Below are positions 37,703-50,212 of a DNA stretch of 64,000 nt, in pieces. Location: the NCBI RefSeq assembly GCF_006345805.1, contig NC_042997.1, positions 201,500,001 to 201,564,000 of the forward strand, written 5' to 3'. Position 1 is the first letter of the stretch; every line of letters begins with the position of its first letter. The translations under genes were made by a program, and so were the position numbers. This DNA comes from Octopus sinensis. Lineage: Eukaryota. Below the pieces are notes generated by a model that did not search any database, was not told where the DNA came from, and saw nothing but the letters and a program-made list of their open reading frames with translations.

Positions 37703-39050
37703 TCATCATCATCATCATCGTCATCATCGTTTAATGTCAGCATTCCATGCTGGCATGGGTTGGACGGTTTGACTGAGGCCTAGTAAGCCAGGAGGCTGTG
37801 CCAAGCTCCAATCTGTTTGGCAAGGTTTCTACAGCTGGATGCCCTTCCTAATGCCAACTACTATAAGAGTATAGTGAGTGCTTTTTATGTGCCTCTAGCA
37901 CAGGAAGTAGTCAGGTGGCATTGGCATCGACCACAATCAAATGGTGCTTTTGATGTACCACCAGCATGGATACCAGTCAAGTGGAACTGGCGTCATCCAC
38001 ACTTGAATGTTGCTTTTTACATGCCACATGCATGGGTGCCAGTTAGACGGCACCGGGATCGGCCAACAATTGAAGGGTGCTTTTTTAAACAGGCCAGTTA
38101 TGTAACACTGGCATTGGCCATGACGACGATATCACCTTGCTTGCTGGGTCTTCTCAAGTACGGCATATCTCCAAGGTATTGGATGCTTGTCATTGCCTCT
38201 GTGAGGCCCAACGTTCAAAGGTCATGCTTCACCACCTCATCCAATGTCTTCCTGGATCTACTGCTTCCACAGGTTCCCTCCACTGTTACGGTGTGACACT
38301 TTTTTACACAGCTGCCCTCATCCATATTCATCACATGTCCATACCAGTGCAGTCATCTCTTTTGCACACCACATCTGATGCTTCTTATGTCCAAATTTTC
38401 ACTCAGGGTGCTTGCAATATGTTGTGCATGTACACTGTCATTACACATCCAGCGGAACATTCTAGCTTTATTTCTTTCAAGCCTGCGCATGTCCTCAGCA
38501 CTCACAGCCCATGTTTCACTGCTTGTGTACATGGCTGTTTGCATAAAGACATCTTATTTTAGCAGCTGCACTCTCAGAGCATCCACCCCAGCAACTAACT
38601 TCGTCACCTAGCTAACATAAGCTATCAACTACTTCTAGTTTTTTCCCCGGCATATGATGGAGTCTATTTTCTGTACATTTTCAGTATTTACTGCACCTAT
38701 GCATCTTTCACACACACAAAAGCTATCTTCCCAGTTAACCTTCCTCTGATATTGCGCACCTCTTATGTGTCCATAGCTTACACTGGTTACATCTTATGGA
38801 GTTTCTACCTATGCCTTTTCTACAGATTGAGCAGGAGCATCTACCTGAAGAGAAAATCTTATACCTATGTTCTTTGCTTGTGGGGAACCTAGCAGAACTT
38901 CCCATTTCAATGTGCCAACATTAAGTGTGCCAACTCTGAGGGTGTGGGATGTGTGGGCCGACAAAATCCTGGAATGAGGGACGGCAGCATTATGCACCTG
39001 TAAAGAAAGCTTGCATATCTGTTTGGCAGACATCGTAAGCTTCAACCTGC
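37703..39050 (-). mobile_element. Internally deleted RTE LINE
   Basis: Endonuclease N-terminus TLRVGTLNVGTLK near 38905-38950 joined to RT C-terminus (SETWAVSAEDMRRLE) and the family 3' end. Confidence 0.75.
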
Positions 39051-39399
39051 ATACACTTCACCATCATTATATTCACTTCATAATTACTATGTTTAATAGG
39101 AGATAGACACTAGACAGGAATGGAGGGGAAGCATTTTGTATAGGTGACTGTTAGAGATGCTTAGGAGAAAGCCATCCAGTAGACGTTAGAAGAGAAAGAC
39201 TTCTGGTACAGGTGGTGGGGGTGGGTAGGGTGGGCACACCGTGGGGTGAAATTTTCAAGAATTAGGGCTACAGTCGGGGAAACAGTGGAGCTTTTGGATA
39301 AGATAGCAGGTAATAGACAAACAAATGAAGAGATAGGATTTTCAAGTTTCAGAGCAAGAGTAAGCAGAATTGAACATTTGGATTTCATCATTTTTAACT

Positions 39400-39644
39400 A
39401 TCATCATCATCATCATCATAATCATCATCATCATCATCATAATCATCACCATCATCATCATAATCATCATCATCATCATATTCATCATCATCATCATCAT
39501 AATCATCACCATCATCATCATGATCATCATCATCATCATCATAATCATCATCATCATAATTATCCTCATCATCATAATCATCATCATCATCATAATCATC
39601 ATCATCACCATCATCATCACCATAATCATCACCATCATCATCAT

Positions 39645-39678
<34 letters not shown>

Positions 39679-39787
39679 TCATCATCATCATCATCATCAT
39701 AATCATCATCATCATCATAATCATCATCATCATCATCATAATCATCATCATCATAATCATCATCATCATCATCATAATCATCATCAT

Positions 39788-39824
<37 letters not shown>

Positions 39825-39846
39825 GTCATCATCATAATCATCATCG
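39400..39846. repeat. ~450-bp (CAT/AAT)n trinucleotide tract
   Basis: Contiguous with the RTE 3' end at 39847. Confidence 0.95.
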
Positions 39847-40147
39847 TTTAACGTCTGCTTTCCATGCTAGCATGGGTTGGACGAATGACTGAGGGCTGGC
39901 GAACCAGATGGCTGCACCAGGATCCAATCTTGATCTGGCAGAGTTTCTACAGCTGGATGCCCTTCCTAACGCCAACCACTCTGAGAGTGTAGTGGGTGCT
40001 TTTTATGTACCACCGGCACAGGGGCCAGTCAGGCGGCACTGGCAAAGACCTCGCTCGAAACTTTTACACATGCCACCGGCACAGGTGCCAGTAAGGTGAT
40101 GCTGGTAACGATCACACTCGAATGGTGTCTTTTACATGCCACCAGCA
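39847..40147 (-). mobile_element. RTE 3' UTR copy
   Basis: Family terminus and TGCCACC.GCAC units. Confidence 0.75.
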
Positions 40148-40501
40148 AATGAAAATTTGTGGCTAAATAGATAACTAAATGAATGACAATAATAATTATA
40201 ATGAGCACTATATAATGAAACAGAATTGAGCATTAGCATTTCTTAACTTCACTATAACTATAACATAACATAACATACAGCATGGAGTAAACAAAACTTT
40301 GTGACTAAACTGATAAGTTAATGGATAACAGTAATAACTATAATGAGCATTAAAGTGAAAGAGAAATGAATTTACCGTAAGGTTTCTTAAGTTTATGATA
40401 ACATACAGCATGGAATAAACAAAACTGTATGGATAAAGAGATAAATTAATTAATTATAACAGTAATTATAGATAAAATGAAGGATTAAATGTGTAATGCA
40501 T

Positions 40502-40717
40502 ACTCTTTTACTCTTTTACTTGTTTCAGTCATTTGACTGTGGCCATGCTGGAGCACCACCTTTAGTCGAGCAGATTGACCCCAGGACTTATTCTTTGTAA
40601 GCCTAGTACTTATTCTATCGGTCTCTTTTGCTGAACCGCTAAGTGACGGGGACGTAAACACACCAGCATCGGTTGTCAAGCGATGTTGGGGGGACAAACA
40701 CAGACACACAAACATAT

Positions 40718-40750
<33 letters not shown>

Positions 40751-40940
40751 ATATATATATATATATATACATATATACGACAGGCTTCTTTCAGTTTCCG
40801 CCTACCAAATCCACTCTCATGGCTTTGGTCGGCCCGAGGCTATAGTAGAAGGCACTTGGCCAGGGTGCCACACAGTGGGACTGAACACGGAACCATGTGG
40901 TTTGTAAGCAAGCTACATACCATACAGCCATTCCTACGCC
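40502..40940 (-). mobile_element. Full-length CORE-like SINE
   Basis: Head, internal TA microsatellite, tail. Confidence 0.85.
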
Positions 40941-41279
40941 TATATCAATTTATGGTATGAAACAAACAAGAAAACCACTATAAGAATAAGAAGCCAAGCA
41001 CCTCTTAACAATTTCAGTGCTACGAGAAGGAATAACAACTTAGAACAGTGAGAACAGAAGATAAAAGACTCAAAGACAACAAGCACATCCATCATCAACT
41101 GCTGAATAAATATCATTATAGTTCCAACATCTGGGCAGCACCATTCAATTTGGCTGTACAAAAGTGGACATAATTTGTTTTATTAACTAATACAGGTAAT
41201 TTAAATTGACCTGTTTTGATAGACTGACTCTTTTCCTATAGTAACCCTTCTTCCTATTCTTCTTCGTTGCAGGTAAATA

Positions 41280-41470
41280 ATGATAACCGAGCAGAAGCAG
41301 CATTCTATTATTGGGTTCTTAATGAAGGATATAGTTCGCTTACATGGGCGACAGTATTGACAATGTTCACAGATGGATGAAGATGTTTAAAGGAAGAGAA
41401 ACCAACATTGAATACAAACCATGCCGTGGAAGATATCAACCACAACAGACATGTCACAGTCCATTAGTTT
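41280..41470 (+). pseudogene. Mariner transposase N-terminal relic
   Basis: KQHSIIGFL...VHRWMKMFKGRETNIEYKPCRGR (HTH plus GRP-like linker). Confidence 0.45.
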
Positions 41471-41502
41471 GCTGCACAACTAGACTGAAGAATTATTTAC
41501 AA

Positions 41503-41892
41503 CTAGCAGTATCACCGGCGTTGCTCGGGTTTGTTTCGACCCTTTGGAATTGGAATTTTTGAAAAGTAAAAATTTTGCATTATGTAGCTTGGTATTCTCT
41601 TAAGTGAACATTTTTCTGATTGAAATACACTGAAAAATGGCGACACAGCAGTCAAAAAATCGTAAAAAATAGGGATTTTCATAGAAAAAAAGCACCTTTT
41701 GGATGTAAATAATTTTTGGTGCTAACATGGTCCGATTTGAATTTTTTCTTCTATGGAAGGAAGAGCAAGCCTTCTTCTATCATACTCTCAATTTTGGTCA
41801 ACTTGTCCCGCAGGGTCTCGGAAGAGAAAGTGTTAGTTGAAGGCTACCAAACCTGCCATACACAGACAACTTCAGCTTTATATATAGAGAGA
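41503..41892 (-). mobile_element. Non-autonomous Helitron, second copy
   Basis: Reverse complement of 5597-5988 with TC start, hairpin and CTAG end. Confidence 0.8.
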
Positions 41893-42059
41893 CTTATTAC
41901 AGAAAATGGTAGAACTCTTTGAGATTTGGAACGTTGTGTACAAAGAGGTGTCTCAGTATTTTACTATCTGACTTGAAGGACAGAAGGGATGGCGTCTGCT
42001 CTGATCTGCTGGAAGTGTTGGAAGCTGCACTTTTTTCAGATCAGGTGACAAAGAAAGAA

Positions 42060-42640
42060 ATATAAAGGGGTAACCGAAAGTAACAGGAAACATTTTCTGT
42101 GAGACAAGCCCATTGTAGTTTGGGCTTCTGCTGCAAGAAGCCACTCTATGCAACCCTCAGGCATCAGCTTGCAGAAGCTTGTCTGCTGGCCAGCGTCATC
42201 GGCTGAGGTTGTGTTGCCATGTGATGTGTCTTTGTTTTGCAGTGCTTTTCCATTGATCATCGATTTTTGTTATGGCTGAAATAAAGGAAGAGACTGCTTC
42301 CAAGAAATTCTGTTTTGTTTTGGGGAAAACAGTGGCCAAGACAGTTGTCATGCTTCACACAGCTTACAAGGATGCTGCCATGAGCAAAACACAAGTTCAC
42401 AGGTTTCATGCTTTAGGAATTGTCACTTGTCACTTGAGGAACCAACCTTGTACAGCTTCCAACACTTCCAGCAGATCAGAGCAGACACCATCCTTTCTGT
42501 CCTTCAAATCAGATATTAAATGCTGAGACACCCTCTTTGTACACAACATTCCAAAACTCAAGGAATTCTGCCATTTTCTGTTGACTTCCTGAATGAATGG
42601 AAACATCAGGAAAATTCATGAACTGATCTTGAAGGTTTGT
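42060..42640 (+). pseudogene. Mariner 5' fragment interrupted by an inverted duplication
   Basis: MAEIKEE..KFCFVLGKTVAKTVVMLHTAYKDAAMSKTQV; resumes as NIRKIHELILE after 42581. Confidence 0.6.
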
Positions 42641-42748
42641 CACTAAACAATTGGTAAACCTATTTCTTTACTACCCACAAGGGGCTAAACACAGAGAGGA
42701 CAAGCAAGGACAGACAAATGGATTAAGTCGATTATATCGACCCTAGTG

Positions 42749-42831
42749 TCTCTGTTGATATGAATGGTGTGTCTGCGGTTAAGAGTGCAGGCTACTAACC
42801 CCAAGATTCTGAGTTTGATTCCAGGCGGTGA

Positions 42832-42879
<48 letters not shown>

Positions 42880-43058
42880 CATTGAAAAATACCTTAGGAA
42901 TGAGAGCCCCGGTTAGAAATTTCTCCAACACATGTGATGAAGGCTGGAGGGTATATCAGCCAAAATGTGTTAAAAACAAACAAGATGAGGACAAATATCC
43001 GTCAAATGTAAATAATGTAAATAATGTACATAATTCCTCATCTCTTAAATATAGAACT
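42749..43058 (+). mobile_element. Element with tRNA-like head, (AAT)n and decayed hammerhead, nested in a Meta-like SINE
   Basis: GCGGTTAAGAGTGCAGGCTACTAACCCCAAGATTCTGAGTTTGATTCC head; GTGATGA-AGGCTG..CAGCC-AAAAT at 42934-42966; host SINE halves at 42659-42748 and about 43060-43145. Confidence 0.5.
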
Positions 43059-43893
43059 GTATGGTTATAATCTTATCAACCCCAAAAGGAAGATAGGCAA
43101 AGCACGCCACTAAATATCCTAACCATTCTGCCAACTCACAGCCTTAACCATAATAGTGACACTTCTTCCTATAGGCATGTTATGCAAATTGATGTTATGC
43201 AAATTGTGCTAAGATTTGAGTGATTTCCCTTGATATAAAGAGAATGCACATTTGATGATCAGAAAAAGAGAGAGAGAGTGACCATTTTGAATAACATATG
43301 TTGAATTGAAAATATCATGAATGGGCCTCACAGAGGTGATGACCGAAGCCTTTGGCATTATGTCGTGCTTGAGAAGAAGACCCATCAAACCAAGCAAAAT
43401 TGCAGTTGTGGCAGATACAGGTGCCACACAAATGGCATCTATGCCAGTGGTATGTAAAAGCCCCCCATTACACTCTTGGAGTGGTTAGTGTTAGGAAAGG
43501 CATCCAGCTGTAGAAACCATATCAAATCAGACTGGAGCCGGTGCAGCCTTCCAACATGCCAGCCCAGTTAAACCATTCAGCCCATGGACAATGGACGTTA
43601 AATGATGATGATGAGCATTATAAGACGTTTTACTGTTTTGAACTATGACTGGAAATTCTTTGAACCAGGAATTACTGGTCTTACATAACAAGGCACAAGA
43701 CCTGAAATTTTCGGGGAGGGAGTAAGTCAATTGTATCAGTCCCAATGCATAACTGGTATTTGTTTCATCAACTCCGAAAGGATGAAAGGCAAAGTTGGTC
43801 TTGGTGGTAGAATGTGAACTCAGAACATAAAGACAGATGAAATGCCATTAAGGATTTTGCCCAACATGCTCATGGCTCAGCCCAGTTGCTATC

Positions 43894-44592
43894 TTAACCC
43901 CTTCATTACCAACCTGGTTGAAACCACCTCTAGCTCTGTAGTGCAAATGTCTTGTTTTTATAAGTTTTGAATTAAAATCTTCCACCAAACCTTAGTCACA
44001 ATTTATGTTTCTAACACTAGCTTAATGGTAACTACGTTATTTTACTAAATTCTTTGTTATATTTAAAATTAATTGAAAGAAACATAGAGAATCTCAACAG
44101 AAATATGGTAAGAAAAGAGTTAACAAATGATTAATTTAACCCTTTTGATACCAACCTGGCTGAAACCACCTCCAGCTCTGTGGTACAAATGTCTTGTTTT
44201 CATAAGTTTTGAATTAAAATCTTCCACCAATCCTTAGTCACAATTTATGTTCCTAACACTAGCTCAATGATAACTAAGTTATTTTACTAAATTCTTTGTT
44301 ATATTTAAAATTAATTGAAAGAAACACAGAGCATCTCAAAATAAATACAGTAACAAAAGAGTTAACAAATGGTTACTTTAATCCTTTTGATACCAACCCT
44401 GCTGAAACCACTTCCAGTTCTATAATACAAATGTCTTGTTTTCATAAGTTTTGAATTAAAATCTTCCACCAATCCTTAGTCACAATTTATGTTCCAAACA
44501 CTAAGTTATTTTACGAAATTCTTTGTTATATTTAAAAGTAATGGAAAGAAACACAGAGCATCTCAAAATAAATACAGCAGCGAAAGGGTTAA
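43894..44592 (-). mobile_element. Three tandem piggyBac-like MITE units
   Basis: TTAA-bounded ~222-bp units, 242-bp period; reverse complement of 1-336. Confidence 0.75.
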
Positions 44593-45225
44593 AAACTTGT
44601 GAAATAAAATCAATAGTTTCGGGATGTCTGGATGTAAAGGAAAGAGTGAAATAAATAAGATACAAACAGAGAACAAGTGTGAAATAATGAAATACGTGTT
44701 TGAAAACAAATCACTGGAAGGACATGAGAAGATAACACACAAGCAGAGATGTTAAAGATTTTCCTGTTTTATCATGGTAGAATCAACTTTCCTGCCAAAC
44801 TGAATTTCTGTCATGGGTTTGAAGTGTGTCTGCTTGAAGTGTTTTTCCATCGAATTACGTTAGTTGTGATCTTGAAAAAGGCATAAATGACACATAATCT
44901 CATTTCTCCTCTCTAACGTTCTATTTCCCTTGTCTACATGAGAAATCAATATTGTTCCCAAAACACAATTGATTAAATAATAGAAGCTAGGTGTGTAGTG
45001 CGGGAGTGGTCAAGGCATTGGATTGGAACTTAAAAGTTCAGGTGGTGTATTGATGTATCACGAGTAAAGGGGTTAAAAATATAAATATAAATATAGATGC
45101 AGTGTCGTTTGCAGTTAAATGTTGTTAGATGTTCTTAGAGATTAGAATAACATGACAGAAAAGAGACAATGAGGTTTTAGTGACTGTTGCTGGAGCGTTA
45201 GTGTTTAACTCTATGGTCAGAGTAA

Positions 45226-45284
45226 ATATATATATATATATATGTTTCTCTCTCTCTCTCTCTCTCATATATACAATGACAGAC

Positions 45285-45350
<66 letters not shown>

Positions 45351-45571
45351 GTAGGTAGGTAGGTAGGTAGGTAGGTAGGTAGGTAGGTAGGTAGGTAGGT
45401 AGGTCAGTAGGTAGGTAGGCAGGTAGGTAGGTAGATAGATAGGTAGGTAAATAGGTAGGCAAGCAGGTAGGCAGGCAGGTAGGCAGGCAGGCAGATAGAT
45501 AGATAGACAGACAGGCAGACAGGCAGACAGACAGACAGATAGATAGATAGATAGATAGATAGGTAGATAGG

Positions 45572-45603
<32 letters not shown>

Positions 45604-45614
45604 AAGAAAGAAAG

Positions 45615-45663
<49 letters not shown>

Positions 45664-45768
45664 TTTGATTTTGATTATTCCAGTTTCAGCTAATGAGCTG
45701 TGGCCATGCTGGGGCATATATATATATATATGTTTCTCTCTCTCTCTCTCATATATACAATGACAGAC

Positions 45769-45861
<93 letters not shown>

Positions 45862-46052
45862 TAGATAGATAGATAGACAGACAGGCAGACAGACAGACAG
45901 ATAGATAGATAGATAGATAGATAGGTAGATAGGTAGATAGGTAGATAGATAGATAGTAGATAGATAGATAGATAGATAGATAGATACAAAGACAGAATCA
46001 TAGATCAAATGATAGACAGACAGACAGACAGACAGCTAGATATCTAGATAGA
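45226..46052. repeat. Compound (GATA/GGTA/GACA)n microsatellite, duplicated
   Basis: Junction TATGTTTCTCTC..CATATATACAATGACAGACAG occurs near 45241 and 45728. Confidence 0.9.
45660..45716 (-). mobile_element. Extreme 3' stub of the CR1 LINE
   Basis: Reverse complement of 13851-13905 including (AAAATC)n tail. Confidence 0.8.
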
Positions 46053-46217
46053 TGTTGAATTCAAAGGGATTCATTGAACAATAATAATTGAAATGAAGCT
46101 GCTATTGTCTTTGGTTGTCTGTTGCTGGTTTAGACCTGGTTGTGTGGTTAAGAAACTTACTTCCCAACCATATAGTTCTCAGATCAATCCCACTTTGGGA
46201 AAGTATCTTCTACCCCT

Positions 46218-46607
46218 AGGCACAGGAGTGGCTTTGTGGTAAGCAGCTTGCTTACCAACCACATGTATCTGGGTTCAGTCCCACTGCGTGGCACTTTGGG
46301 CAAGTGTCTTCTACTATAGCCACGGGCTGACCAAAGCCTTGTGAGTGGAAACTTGGTAGATGGAAACTGAAGGAATCTCATCGTGTGTGTGTGTGTGTGT
46401 CCGTGTTTGTCCCCCCCCCTCCACCATCGCTTGACAACTGATGCTGGTGTGTTTAAATCCCTGTAACTTAGCGGTTCAGCAGAAGAGTTCAATAGAATAA
46501 GTACTAGGCTTACAAAGAATAAGTCCTGGGATCAATTAGTTCAATTAAAGGCAGAGCTCAAGCATGGCCACAGTCAAATGGCTGAAACAAATAAAAGAAT
46601 AAAAGAG
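46218..46607 (+). mobile_element. Full-length CORE-like SINE
   Basis: GGCACAGGAGTGGCTTTGTGGTAAG head through GAAACAAATAAAAGAATAAAAGAG tail. Confidence 0.85.
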
Positions 46608-47360
46608 TCTAACTTTCAGTTGACTGGAAGCTTGTGTGGATTTGGTAGATGGAAACTGAAAGAAGCCCAGTGTGTGTGTGTGTATAAAATGTATAGGAAT
46701 AAGGATTTAAGATCTCGGCAGGTACCTTATTTGGTTTTGATATTACTGTTGAGCAATCTGTCTACCTATCTACCTACCTACCTACCTACCTACCTACCTA
46801 CCTACCTATCTCTCTTTATCTGTCTGTTCATCACTCTGTGTCTTGATGACACATGATGGTCGTAAGTGGTCATCAATCATTTCCAGTTTTTCAAGATTAA
46901 CATGTCTGGCCATGAGGAAATATTAACTTGCTCAGAAACAGGTGAAGGCTGGCAACAGGAAGAGCATCCAACTGTAGAAAACCTGCTTCTCTGAGCTTCT
47001 ATGATGATGATGATGACAGTCTGTCACACAATTCTGATATACAAAACCTAACAGCACTTATCTGCCAACACACAGAATTCTTCACACTCAATGCTTCATG
47101 AACATTGTCAAATAGGAAGAAAGATAAACCAACAGAAACTAAAGCAGACGTCTGGCTTGTTAAGAAACTTGCTTCTGTAAACTGAAAAACAGGAAAATCT
47201 TCAACTTCTACCACAATGTATTATCCGTTCTTGTAATTCCTATGATTTATTTTCAAACATGTATTTCACCACTTCACACTTGTTCTCAATTTTCTTCTCT
47301 AGTTCACTTATTCTTTTACAGCCAGACATACCAAAGTTATTACTATTATTTCACAGACCA

Positions 47361-48304
47361 AGGTGGCACGCTGGCAGAATGGTTAGCATGCTGGCAGAAT
47401 GGTTTAAGGCAACAAATTGGTTAAAGGCACGCCGGGCGAAGTGCTTAGCGGTATTTTGTCTGCTGTTACGTTCTGGGTTCAAATTCTGCTGAAGTCAACT
47501 TTGCCTTTCATCCTTTCGGGGTCGATTAAATAAGTACCAGTTACGCACTGGGGTCAATATAATCGACTTAATACGTCTGTCTGTCCTTGTTTGTCACCTC
47601 TCTGTGTAGCCCCATGTGGGTAGTAAAAGAAATAAGAAATGTTAGCACGCCAGGCGAAATACTTACTGGTATTTCCTCTGTCTTTGTGTTCTGAGTTCAA
47701 ATTCCGCTGAGGTCAACTTTGCCTTTCATTCTTTCAGGGTCAATAAATTAAGTACCAGTTATGCACTGGGGTCGATGTAATCGACTTAATTCCTTTGTCT
47801 GTCCTTGTTTGTTTCCTCTATGTTTAGCTCCTTGTGGTCAATAAAGAAATAAGAATGGTTAACATGCCTGGCAAAATGCTTAATGGCATTTCATCTGTCT
47901 TTACATTCCAAGTTCAAATTCCACCAAGACGAACTTTGCCTTTCATCCTTTCGAGGTCAAGCAAATAAGTACCAGTTGAGCAATGGGGGGCCGATGTAAT
48001 TCATTGTATCCTTCCCATAAAATTTCAGGCCTTGTGCCAATAACAGAAAGGATTATTTCCCAGACCGCAAAGCAGTGAACTTGCAGAATTATACCCATAC
48101 AGGACAAAATTCCGGGTGGCATTTTTGTCAGTTCCTTATATTCTGAGTTCAAATGTTGTCAAGAATGACTTTGTATTTTGTCCTTTTTGTGGTTGATAGA
48201 ATAAGTACCAGCTGAGTACTTGGCTTCATATAATCATCTATCAGCCTTACTCAAAATTTCAGGTCATGTTCCTAAATGTAGAAAGAATTATTATTATTAT
48301 TATT
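47361..48304 (+). mobile_element. Cluster of about four Meta-like SINEs, nested and tandem
   Basis: Repeated B box and core; last copy ends in (ATT)n. Confidence 0.75.
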
Positions 48305-49699
48305 CTATGTTTGAGTTTTGCTTTATATTTGTACAAGTTGGCTCCAAGTCTCACCCAGAGACCTCAAGAGACAACAGGTTGGAAGTTCATGTTGTTGTTA
48401 TACCTAGTGTGCCATATATTTGGGGGGGGGGGGAGTTTTTGGTGTTGTACTAATGAATGTCTAAAAAAAAAAAGAAAAATTTTTTTTTTTTTTAAACCGA
48501 AAATTGTTTGTTTTAAACCTTGAGATTACATAGAAAGTATTTTGCGTAGGATATGAGCAGTTCCCATGAGCACTATCTTTTGAATTTCTGCCATTTTTGG
48601 GTTTCCTGGTATCCGAGTTAGGTAGCTATCAGCCCCTTTTGCTATCATTCCCAGGGCACCTATGACAACAGGTATTGTTTTAGTCTTCAGGTTCCACATT
48701 TTGCTGATTTCTATTTCAAGATCTTTATATTTGCTCAGTTTTTGGTAGGTCTTGACAGATACGTTTATATTGATTGGGACAGTCATATCAATGAGGAGGC
48801 ATGTTCTTTGTTTGAAGTCTTTCAATATGATGTCTGGCCTATTTGCATCTATCTTTCTGTCAGTTTGAATGGTGAAGTTCCAGAGGAGTGAGATGTGGTC
48901 ATTTTCAAGCACTGGGGGTGGTTTGTGTTCCCACCAGTTTTTTTCATGGGGCAAATCCAGGTTTTTGCAGATTACCCAGTGAATATATTGTGCAGCTCTA
49001 TCGTGTCTGTTGAGATACTCTGTAGGTGCTAGAAGACTGCACTTGGAGACCACATGGTCAATGGTTTCATTTTGTTGCTGGCATACACAACACGTTGGAC
49101 TGCTTCTGATCTTTAATATGTTGGCCTGGTAGTTTCTTGTTGGTAGGCATTGATCTTGAGCTGCTATGATAAACCCCTCTGTTTCAGATTTTAAGCCAGA
49201 GGCCATTAGCCATTGATGGGTCAGGGCTTTGTCAACATCTGCATTATTTGCTCTCTTTGGGTATTTGCCATAGAGAGGTTTTTCTTGCCATTTATCATTC
49301 AGAATATCTAAGGCCGCAGATTTAGCACGGGTTTTCATGCGCTTAGCTTTTTCTGTGCCTGTTTCTTGTATGTCTATCTCTAATTCCGAAATTTGTTGTA
49401 TTCGGAATTCACTTAGATATTCCTTTGCTTGTTTTGTTACTGAGTATGATGCTTTCTTGTTTTCATGTTTTGAGACAAGTTTTAACATTCAGTTCTCAGA
49501 GTTTTTCAGGTAGGTGTCTAGGCCAATTGTAGCAATCTTCATTGTTATTGCCAGTTGTAAAAGTCCATGGCCTCCCTCTTTTCTTGGCAGATAAAGTCGT
49601 TCTGTATCCGCCTTAGGGTGGTGCATTCTATGCATTGTCAACAGTTTTCGAATTTTTCTGTCAAGATTACATATTTCAGTAATTGACCAGTTAACGATA

Positions 49700-49701
<2 letters not shown>
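48305..49701 (-). mobile_element. 5'-truncated R4/Dong-clade LINE (restriction-like endonuclease)
   Basis: RLYLPRKEGGHGL, CCHC knuckle C.VC..ETIDHVVSKC, RHD, NRPDII..LIDMTVP..KLSKY; one in-frame stop at 49489-49491; flanked by (TAA)n. Confidence 0.92.

Positions 49702-49778
<77 letters not shown>
49702..49778. repeat. (TAA)n microsatellite
   Basis: Direct inspection. Confidence 0.95.
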
Positions 49779-49779
<1 letters not shown>

Positions 49780-50006
49780 TATGCTTGACTTTTGCTTTAC
49801 ATTTGTACAAGTTGGCTCCAAGTCTCACCCAGAGACCTCAAGAGACAACAAGTTGGAAGTTCATGTTATGCCTAGGGTGCCATATATTTGGTTTTGTACT
49901 TAGTGTTGTACTAGTAATGTCTAAAAAAACCATACGAAAATTATATTTGTTTTAAAACTTGAGATTACATAAAAAGTATTTTGCGTAGGATATGAGCAGT
50001 TCCCAT
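49779..50006 (-). mobile_element. Second, shorter R4/Dong 3' copy
   Basis: Repeats the 3' UTR and final codons (MGTAHILRKIL) of 48305-48566; followed by (TAA)n to 50044. Confidence 0.88.
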
Positions 50007-50013
50007 TATTATA

Positions 50014-50046
<33 letters not shown>

Positions 50047-50212
50047 GAACATGCAACTTCTTATTCTGTTGTTGGTTGAAGATATTGTGTCTACTGAGGG
50101 CTTGTACTGTTCGTCAAGTTGCAACAAGAACCTCAGACAGACAGTACTTTACACAATACACATGCAGTTCCAAGTAAAGCTGCCTTTTGCAATGCACCTA
50201 GATTGTAAGCTG

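Noticed and set aside
39246-39851. Poly-His protein
   Set aside because: (CAT)n tail of an RTE element
40195-40470. Diverged ~140-bp tandem duplication
   Set aside because: AT-rich, two copies only, no functional signal
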